Source of the DNA: a virus
Length of the DNA stretch: 64,000 nucleotides
Virus record (IMG/VR): IMGVR_UViG_3300017731_001834
Span: 7,823 to 71,822 of that record
Reading direction: 5' to 3' (one strand)
Shown here: in pieces, positions 58,415 to 64,000 of the stretch
Position numbering within the stretch: the first letter of the stretch is position 1
Layout: every line of letters begins with the position of its first letter
Made by a program: the position numbers and the translations under genes
The notes under the pieces: generated by a model
Databases searched by the model: none
Seen by the model: only the letters and a program-made list of their open reading frames with translations
Told to the model about the DNA's origin: nothing

Positions 58415-59326
58415 ATGAAAGTAGCATTTTTTTCAGAGGTGGGTGAGAATCAAAGATACCCAAGAGATTTTCCAAACGCTAGAACAGAAGTAGCTTGGTG
58501 TTTAGCACTTGATGCACCAATGTGTCACTTAACGAATTTACCTAATGAACATTTTGATTTGGGTATAGTAATAATCCCAAAAAATAATCCGAACGTTGAT
58601 TTAAATCATATAAGACAAATTTGTGATAAAGTTGCCGTTATGCAAGAGGGGCCACATTGGTTCTTTCAGGACTATGACATAACTAATCAGTTTCATTATT
58701 ATAATTGTCTTATGGATGCTGATTGGGTTTATTGTCATAATTACTCTGATATAAAATATTATAAGGGGTTAGGTTGTGAAGATGTAAGAGTAATGAGAAG
58801 TTTGATGATACCTGAGGGATTAATTCCAAGAAGTGAATGGGGAGATGCCACAATGATAGGTGGTAACTTTGTTAGTTGGTATGGTGGTTTTGATTCCTAC
58901 GTAGTTGCAAGAGAGATTGATGACCCTATATCAGCTCCGTCAATGGGTAGAAAACAAGAACAAGAAAACATGATATCTGATATTAAATATCTACCATACA
59001 TGAGTTGGAGAGAGTGGATAGATTGTTTATCACAATATAATATAGGTATTCACTTGATGAGAACACATGCAGCTGGTACATTTGCTATGAATTGTGCTTT
59101 TCATGGAATACCTTGTATTGGATATCGTGGTTTAGATACGCAAGAGTTGTTACATAATAATACCATGGTGGATCCTGGTGACTTGTTTGAGGCAAAAAAA
59201 ATAGCGAAACAATTAAAAGAAGATACTTATTTTTATAACGAGTGTAGTCAAATAGCCATAGAAGGATTTAGCAAATACTACACCGAAGAAAAGTGGAAAG
59301 AGAGTTTCAATAATGAAACCAATTAG
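58415..59326 (+). CDS. Putative GT-B glycosyltransferase
   Basis: KVAFFSE; YLPYMSW...AGTFAMNCAFHGIPCIG. Confidence 0.6.
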   Translation: MKVAFFSEVGENQRYPRDFPNARTEVAWCLALDAPMCHLTNLPNEHFDLGIVIIPKNNPNVDLNHIRQICDKVAVMQEGPHWFFQDYDITNQFHYYNCLMDADWVYCHNYSDIKYYKGLGCEDVRVMRSLMIPEGLIPRSEWGDATMIGGNFVSWYGGFDSYVVAREIDDPISAPSMGRKQEQENMISDIKYLPYMSWREWIDCLSQYNIGIHLMRTHAAGTFAMNCAFHGIPCIGYRGLDTQELLHNNTMVDPGDLFEAKKIAKQLKEDTYFYNECSQIAIEGFSKYYTEEKWKESFNNETN

Positions 59327-60506
59327 TTTTATACAACCAAGTAGAAATAATCTAAAATACCTTAAATGGTCATATAATAGTATTCGTAAAAATCTTGGAC
59401 ACATACACGAGATATGTTGGGCTGATGATTTTTCAGACGACGGAACTTGGGAGTGGATGCAAGAGATAGCAGAGAAAGACCCAAATGTAAAAATACATCG
59501 TAACGAGGGGCCAAATAGGTTAGGGCACACCATTCTATATGATACCCTCGTTAACGATTATGCTACAAATGATATCGTAATGATATATCACGCTGATATG
59601 TATGCTTGTCCAAATCTTGATGAGATGATTATCAAACACATTGAGCCAGGTGTTGTCGTATCAGCTACAAGAATAGAACCACCATTACATCCCGATGGGC
59701 CAGAGAAACTGTTATATGATTGTGGTATTGAGCCAGAGGAATTCCAAGAACAAAAGTTAATGGACTATATAGAAAATTTAAACATAGGTGGTGAAACATC
59801 AAAAGGTATATTCGCTCCATGGGCTATATACAAAGACGACTTCCAAGCGATAAATGGACACGACCCACTATACGCACCACAATCAAAAGAGGATAGTGAT
59901 ATTTTCAATAGATTCGTGTTAGCTGGTTATGATTTAGTTCAAACTTGGGAGGGTTTTGTTTATCATATGACCTGTAGAGGTAGTAGATTCAAGGATGGAG
60001 CATTAAGGAATCCAGCTGGTCAAGTATTTATGAAAGGTAGAGAGTCAAGTGAGTGGTTGGCTCAGAATTTACGTAGTACAAGAAACTTTATTCGTAAATG
60101 GGGTCACATGGTCAAACATGATAATAAGATGTATCCTATCATACCACCAAAATATGATATTGGTTTTGTGGTTAAAAATTGTGACGCAAATCTATTAAAA
60201 GAATTAGAGCCTTGGTGTTCTACAATATATGTTGATTGTGAATATAACGATTACATAAAAGAGGAACAAAGAAACACAGCCTTTGATTTATCAGATAGGG
60301 TTAAACCATATGACAATGAAAAGAATAATAATATCATTGTTGAGTTCGATGCTAAAATGTTAAATGCTAATAACTTTCAGGTGATAGTGAATCTTTCAGA
60401 GATGTTCAATGACTCAGCTGAAGTTGGTGATATGGAATATGATATATTTACATTTAATATTAACTCATTAGAAACCTATGAATCAGATTTAATTATTAGA
60501 GAATGA
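59313..60506 (+). CDS. GT2 glycosyltransferase
   Basis: ISFIQPSRNN, DDFSDDGT, HADM, EDSDIFNR, YH and FIRKWG. Confidence 0.85.
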   Translation: MKPISFIQPSRNNLKYLKWSYNSIRKNLGHIHEICWADDFSDDGTWEWMQEIAEKDPNVKIHRNEGPNRLGHTILYDTLVNDYATNDIVMIYHADMYACPNLDEMIIKHIEPGVVVSATRIEPPLHPDGPEKLLYDCGIEPEEFQEQKLMDYIENLNIGGETSKGIFAPWAIYKDDFQAINGHDPLYAPQSKEDSDIFNRFVLAGYDLVQTWEGFVYHMTCRGSRFKDGALRNPAGQVFMKGRESSEWLAQNLRSTRNFIRKWGHMVKHDNKMYPIIPPKYDIGFVVKNCDANLLKELEPWCSTIYVDCEYNDYIKEEQRNTAFDLSDRVKPYDNEKNNNIIVEFDAKMLNANNFQVIVNLSEMFNDSAEVGDMEYDIFTFNINSLETYESDLIIRE

Positions 60507-60742
60507 TATACTACTTATTATTAGATGGTGACAACGAGAAAGACTTGATGTATGAAACAAATATGTTGGGTGAAGAAAGTTTTAAAGTGTTCTATCCATC
60601 GCTAGGGCTTTCAATATTGAATAGAATTGTGGTTGATAAGCCAGAGTTGTTAGAACGATTAAAGATAGTGGACGAGCAAAAGAAGTATTATACTATCGAA
60701 GAATTTTTAAACAAATTAGAAAAATGGAAAATAAAAGCTTGA
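60503..60742 (+). CDS. Hypothetical protein
   Basis: ATGA coupling; last gene before the next promoter. Confidence 0.6.
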   Translation: MIYYLLLDGDNEKDLMYETNMLGEESFKVFYPSLGLSILNRIVVDKPELLERLKIVDEQKKYYTIEEFLNKLEKWKIKA

Positions 60743-60767
60743 CTTTTATATTTTTTATTCGTAACTT
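60739..60767 (+). promoter_or_regulatory. Sigma70-like early/middle promoter
   Basis: TTGACT-N17-TAACTT with TTCG before the -10. Confidence 0.6.
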
Positions 60768-60783
60768 AGAGGAGTTATAATAG

Positions 60784-60942
60784 ATGCCAAAGGTACATAA
60801 TTGGGAAGATTGGGATGAGGTAGAGGAAGAGGTTCAAAAAGAACAAGCTCGCATCAAGACCAACGGTAAAATAAATGAAAAGAAAAAGGAAAAAAAGAAT
60901 GTCAGTCAAAAATCTAAAACTAATATGTCTAGCAGTTCTTAG
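60784..60942 (+). CDS. Small charged protein (52 aa; not in ORF track)
   Basis: GAGGAG SD; MPKVHNWEDWDEVEEEVQKE... Confidence 0.55.
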   Translation: MPKVHNWEDWDEVEEEVQKEQARIKTNGKINEKKKEKKNVSQKSKTNMSSSS

Positions 60943-61408
60943 CTGCTTATTTATATCATGTGAGGATGCTAGTCGTGATTACTCAGGTGAATTAACATTT
61001 GATATGAGACTACCACAAGATAAGAATGGATATTTTCAGTTAGAATTAAACAAAGATAATTGGCAAACTCTACATAGGGTTTCAGCTAAAGTATCAAACG
61101 CGTATTACTTAGATAATTTTAGGGTTACTTGGGAGAGTAATTTATATTGGCAGTTAAATGACACTTTAGGATATATAATCAAAGAAAGATTTAGTGATTG
61201 GGACGGTCGTTATGTTGCAACTGATACATCATACATAACAGGTTTCAATGGATTTACAGTACCTACAACCAATAGGGCTAGTTATAGTAATCAAGATGGT
61301 GAGATTAATAATATGATAGCACCCGTCCAAAGCATGGTCGGTGATACTTTAATTTTAGGCGCTTTTTGGGAAGAGGGAGAAGCTTTTTTTGGAATAGTTC
61401 TTAAATAG
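60899..61408 (+). CDS. Putative lipoprotein
   Basis: Basic N-terminus, hydrophobic core and lipobox-like FISC followed by ED. Confidence 0.65.
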   Translation: MSVKNLKLICLAVLSCLFISCEDASRDYSGELTFDMRLPQDKNGYFQLELNKDNWQTLHRVSAKVSNAYYLDNFRVTWESNLYWQLNDTLGYIIKERFSDWDGRYVATDTSYITGFNGFTVPTTNRASYSNQDGEINNMIAPVQSMVGDTLILGAFWEEGEAFFGIVLK

Positions 61409-61419
61409 GAGTTAAATAC

Positions 61420-61641
61420 ATGACATTCAAGTTAGTTCACAGAGGTGGTGACGAAGCTATAGATAAGGTAACGTTATCAGATACTCACGCTAAACAATAT
61501 TTTATGAATATAAAAAGATTATCAGAAGCTGACTTTGATAAAATATTCGAAGTTAAGGTGGTAAAAACTAAACACACACCAATGATGAACTATCAATGGT
61601 GGCACGAAGAGAGCAAAAATTTAGATATAGAAAAGGAGTAA
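61420..61641 (+). CDS. Hypothetical protein
   Basis: AGGAG SD. Confidence 0.65.
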   Translation: MTFKLVHRGGDEAIDKVTLSDTHAKQYFMNIKRLSEADFDKIFEVKVVKTKHTPMMNYQWWHEESKNLDIEKE

Positions 61642-61643
61642 AC

Positions 61644-61763
61644 ATGACATTTCAAGAAGCAGCAGATGCACTAACCAAAATCATAGTTGGTGAAAAGGTA
61701 GCAGTTAGACCTAAGAGAAAAGCTAGACGTACTAGACGCACCAAAAGAACAACGAGAAAATGA
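61644..61763 (+). CDS. Arg/Lys-rich microprotein (39 aa; not in ORF track)
   Basis: AAGGAG SD; MTFQEAADALTKIIVGEKVAVRPKRKARRTRRTKRTTRK; ATGA overlap with the next gene. Confidence 0.6.
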   Translation: MTFQEAADALTKIIVGEKVAVRPKRKARRTRRTKRTTRK

Positions 61764-62005
61764 AACAGGTTATAATAGACGTACTAGAAAAACTTAAGGA
61801 AGCTAATTTATATTCCGAATCAGCTCGCGAGGTTATTGCAGATGCTATCGTTGAAGAGTTAAATAAGCTAAACAGTAAAGAGTATTACTATTCACGTGAC
61901 CTAATGCACGCTAAGACAAATTCAAATAGTGCACATGATTATGGGTGTACAAACGAAGCTTACGAAAAATTTTTAGATGAGTATGAGGGTGGTCATTTAG
62001 GCTAA
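61760..62005 (+). CDS. Hypothetical protein
   Basis: Coupled on both sides; ANLYSESAREVIA. Confidence 0.6.
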   Translation: MKQVIIDVLEKLKEANLYSESAREVIADAIVEELNKLNSKEYYYSRDLMHAKTNSNSAHDYGCTNEAYEKFLDEYEGGHLG

Positions 62006-62580
62006 TGGATATATCAAAGCTAAACGAGTTTGAGAACAGACCAAAGAAAAAGAATCCGTTCAAAAGCAAACCGATACCAAAGGGAAAAATTGAGGCGGCT
62101 ATAAATGCTACGTTGTCAATTAAGGCGGCTGCGCAATTCGCTGGTGTGGCGTATAATACATTTAAGAAGTACGCTATAAAATATGACTTGTTTGAGCAAA
62201 ATAAAAATCAATCAGGTGTTGGTATCACCACAAAGGGTAATACTGGTTGGGGCATAAAGTTACAAGATATATTCGAGGGCAAAAATCCTAACTACCCACA
62301 TTGGAAGTTACAAGAGAGAGTTATTCGTAATGGTTACGTCGCTCAAGAATGTAGTAACTGCGGTTATTCCGATGTGAGGGATAAGGATTTAAGAGGCCCA
62401 TTTCTAATCAATTTCTTTGATGGTGATGGTACTAATCATAGACTAGACAATCTACACCTATTATGCTATAATTGTTTCTTCATAGTCAAACCAACGGGTA
62501 GAATGCTAACAACACCAAAAAATGTTACACTTTTACGTAAAAAATTGGAAGAAGTGTATGATGAAAAAGATAGTGAGTAA
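62005..62580 (+). CDS. HTH plus Zn-binding HNH-like protein
   Basis: SIKAAAQFAGVAYNTFKKYA (HTH); CSNCG...DGDGTNHRLDNLHLLCYNC. Confidence 0.7.
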   Translation: MDISKLNEFENRPKKKNPFKSKPIPKGKIEAAINATLSIKAAAQFAGVAYNTFKKYAIKYDLFEQNKNQSGVGITTKGNTGWGIKLQDIFEGKNPNYPHWKLQERVIRNGYVAQECSNCGYSDVRDKDLRGPFLINFFDGDGTNHRLDNLHLLCYNCFFIVKPTGRMLTTPKNVTLLRKKLEEVYDEKDSE

Positions 62581-62628
62581 TATTTATCTTTAAGACGATT
62601 TCCCAATGCCTGTGGTTTTCCATAATAT

Positions 62629-62706
62629 ATGGAACTAAAAATAATAATACTATTACTATTAGTAATTGGATATTGGATTTACTTAATCCGATACATAAGG
62701 AAATAA
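62629..62706 (+). CDS. Single-TM microprotein (25 aa)
   Basis: MELKIIILLLLVIGYWIYLIRYIRK; no clear SD. Confidence 0.35.
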   Translation: MELKIIILLLLVIGYWIYLIRYIRK

Positions 62707-62709
62707 TAA

Positions 62710-62994
62710 ATGAACCAAGCAGATAGAAAAGAGTTCGAAATAATACACGAGAAGATAGACACCATAAAAAATACCATTAATGAAATAAAAATTCACAATG
62801 AAGCTGAACATATGAAGAACAGAACTGATTTAAAATTCATTAAAGATAATTTGTTTAATCCACATGAGGGTCTATGGGCGGAGACGAAGCTAAATTCTCA
62901 GTTCCGAACCAACACCACAAAGTGGAGAGGAGTTATAGGCACCGGTTTTGTAGGATTATTTTTTAAGCACATTTGGGATATGTTTAATGGATGA
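62710..62994 (+). CDS. Coiled-coil protein with C-terminal membrane anchor
   Basis: AAGGA SD; IHEKIDTIKNTINEIK; WRGVIGTGFVGLFF. Confidence 0.6.
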   Translation: MNQADRKEFEIIHEKIDTIKNTINEIKIHNEAEHMKNRTDLKFIKDNLFNPHEGLWAETKLNSQFRTNTTKWRGVIGTGFVGLFFKHIWDMFNG

Positions 62995-63050
62995 GAAAAA
63001 AATTTTTAATAAACAAATACTAAGTTATACTTATTGACAAAAGGGTCTCA

Positions 63051-63344
63051 ATGAAAAAATTAGTTCTAATAATGTTATTTTCTTTCATATCAGGTTATGA
63101 AACTACATCTTCACCAACATTGATTACATTGAAGCTTGAATCCTCCGAAATCGTAAACGATTCCGAAGGTGAACTTCCAAGAGATGAACTCAATAATTCA
63201 ATCAAGGTCTTTCCAAGGGCCTATCTAAAACACAACTACGTTGAAGCTCAAAAATACGAAATACGTCAAATATCGGATACACAATTCGAGTTATTGGGTA
63301 GTCCGCTATCAAGGGCAATCGACGGTGGAGAGGAACTAAAATGA
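63051..63344 (+). CDS. Putative secreted protein
   Basis: MKKLVLIMLFSFISG signal-peptide-like N-terminus. Confidence 0.55.
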   Translation: MKKLVLIMLFSFISGYETTSSPTLITLKLESSEIVNDSEGELPRDELNNSIKVFPRAYLKHNYVEAQKYEIRQISDTQFELLGSPLSRAIDGGEELK

Positions 63345-63550
63345 TTAAGAGTCTCGGTTATTACATCTATTACAATATAAGATTAATGTTTTCATATCTT
63401 GGTGAGTGGATAGAGGAACAAACGCCAACCAAGGACGGATTCCCAATCGATGAGAGCGAGGATGGTCTGCCCGAAAATCATTCCTTAAACTCGAACGTCG
63501 AGGGAATAAGAGGCGATTGGGGCTACCCATCGATAGAGGACGAGGTATGA
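63341..63550 (+). CDS. Small acidic hypothetical protein
   Basis: GAGGA SD and ATGA coupling. Confidence 0.55.
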   Translation: MIKSLGYYIYYNIRLMFSYLGEWIEEQTPTKDGFPIDESEDGLPENHSLNSNVEGIRGDWGYPSIEDEV

Positions 63551-63657
63551 ACGAACGAGAGGAAGCCGAACAAATGGATGTGTTGATGTTGATGATTCGA
63601 AGAAGCCCAAGATTTTGGAAGAGATTAATGAGGAGGTGGTCGTGGTGTTTGAGATAA
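63547..63657 (+). CDS. Microprotein (36 aa)
   Basis: ATGA overlap; MNEREEAEQMDVLMLMIRRSPRFWKRLMRRWSWCLR. Confidence 0.45.
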   Translation: MNEREEAEQMDVLMLMIRRSPRFWKRLMRRWSWCLR

Positions 63658-63752
63658 TATTTTGGACAATAGCGGTGGTGGTATCGTATAGGTTCGGAAG
63701 GGATTTGGAGCCAAGAAGGGGTCATTGGACGGATTCGATGAGGGGACATTAG
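63645..63752 (+). CDS. Single-TM microprotein (35 aa)
   Basis: AGGAGG SD before GTG; MFEIIFWTIAVVVSYRFGRD... Confidence 0.5.
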   Translation: MFEIIFWTIAVVVSYRFGRDLEPRRGHWTDSMRGH

Positions 63753-63848
63753 ATGTTTGATTACATAGCGCTCGGTGTGATAGCCGTGTTCTGCATATAT
63801 AACATAAGAAAGTTTTTAAAAGAGATAAATAAAGGGTTATACAAATGA
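63753..63848 (+). CDS. Single-TM microprotein (31 aa)
   Basis: GAGGGG SD; abuts the previous stop; MFDYIALGVIAVFCIYNIRKFLKEINKGLYK. Confidence 0.5.
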   Translation: MFDYIALGVIAVFCIYNIRKFLKEINKGLYK

Positions 63849-63928
63849 ATCTACTATTAACATCAATATTAAGCCTGCTGGTCATCGGTGTCGTTGATAG
63901 GCTCTTCGAATGGAGAAATCTTAAATGA
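63845..63928 (+). CDS. Single-TM microprotein (27 aa)
   Basis: ATGA overlap; MNLLLTSILSLLVIGVVDRLFEWRNLK. Confidence 0.5.
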   Translation: MNLLLTSILSLLVIGVVDRLFEWRNLK

Positions 63929-64000
63929 GCAAGGAGAGCTACATAAGGGAGATAGAGGAAGAGGACATGGAGAACGAGATAAAGCGTTTCCTTGGTCACC
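63925..64000 (+). CDS. 3'-truncated small acidic protein
   Basis: GGAG SD and ATGA overlap; MSKESYIREIEEEDMENEIKRFLGH... Confidence 0.45.
   Translation, partial: MSKESYIREIEEEDMENEIKRFLGH

Noticed and set aside
35637-60742. Host LPS/capsule locus (prophage boundary)
   Set aside because: No export or polymerisation genes, the same strand, style and site avoidance as the phage genes, and phage-type ORFs on both sides. Read-level confirmation is still advisable.
2017-63999. All minus-strand ORFs, plus nested plus-strand ORFs at 16610, 25998 and 40099
   Set aside because: They are shadows of well-supported + strand genes with no motifs. The two at 63345-63999 are antisense to the coupled microprotein chain.
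1-64000. tRNAs, introns, inteins, stop-codon reassignment, integrase or transposase
   Set aside because: Intergenic gaps are short with no cloverleaf seen. RecA, DnaB, NrdJ and PolB have normal lengths without intein motifs. TAA, TAG and TGA all end genes at sensible positions.

Overview
This is an AT-rich, gene-dense 64-kb fragment of a large contractile-tailed (T4-like / 'huge') phage. Every credible gene lies on the + strand, and the standard genetic code fits. Four modules run in order: (i) tail and baseplate genes at 0.5-12.8 kb (sheath, tube, a chaperone with a likely programmed frameshift, tape measure, LysM wedge); (ii) nucleotide metabolism and replication at 12.9-35 kb (ThyX, a reduced PolA-like protein, gp32, RecA/UvsX, 5'-3' exonuclease, DnaB, B12-dependent class II RNR, PolB, clamp, clamp loader and a Mom-like DNA modifier), with a full-length TonB-dependent receptor preceded by a compact H-type pseudoknot; (iii) a ~25-kb translationally coupled glycan-biosynthesis island at 35.6-60.7 kb; (iv) small ORFs and microproteins to the end. 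The standout is a complete phage-borne phosphonate pathway inside the glycan island: a cytidylyltransferase-PEP mutase fusion, a split phosphonopyruvate decarboxylase and an Fe-ADH reductase, predicted to give CMP-2-hydroxyethylphosphonate. The island has no recognisable flippase, polymerase or priming transferase and follows a late-type promoter motif. This suggests the phage builds a phosphonate-decorated, methylated glycan on a cytoplasmic acceptor such as virion proteins or DNA. All protein calls come from motif recognition by eye; no database searches were run.
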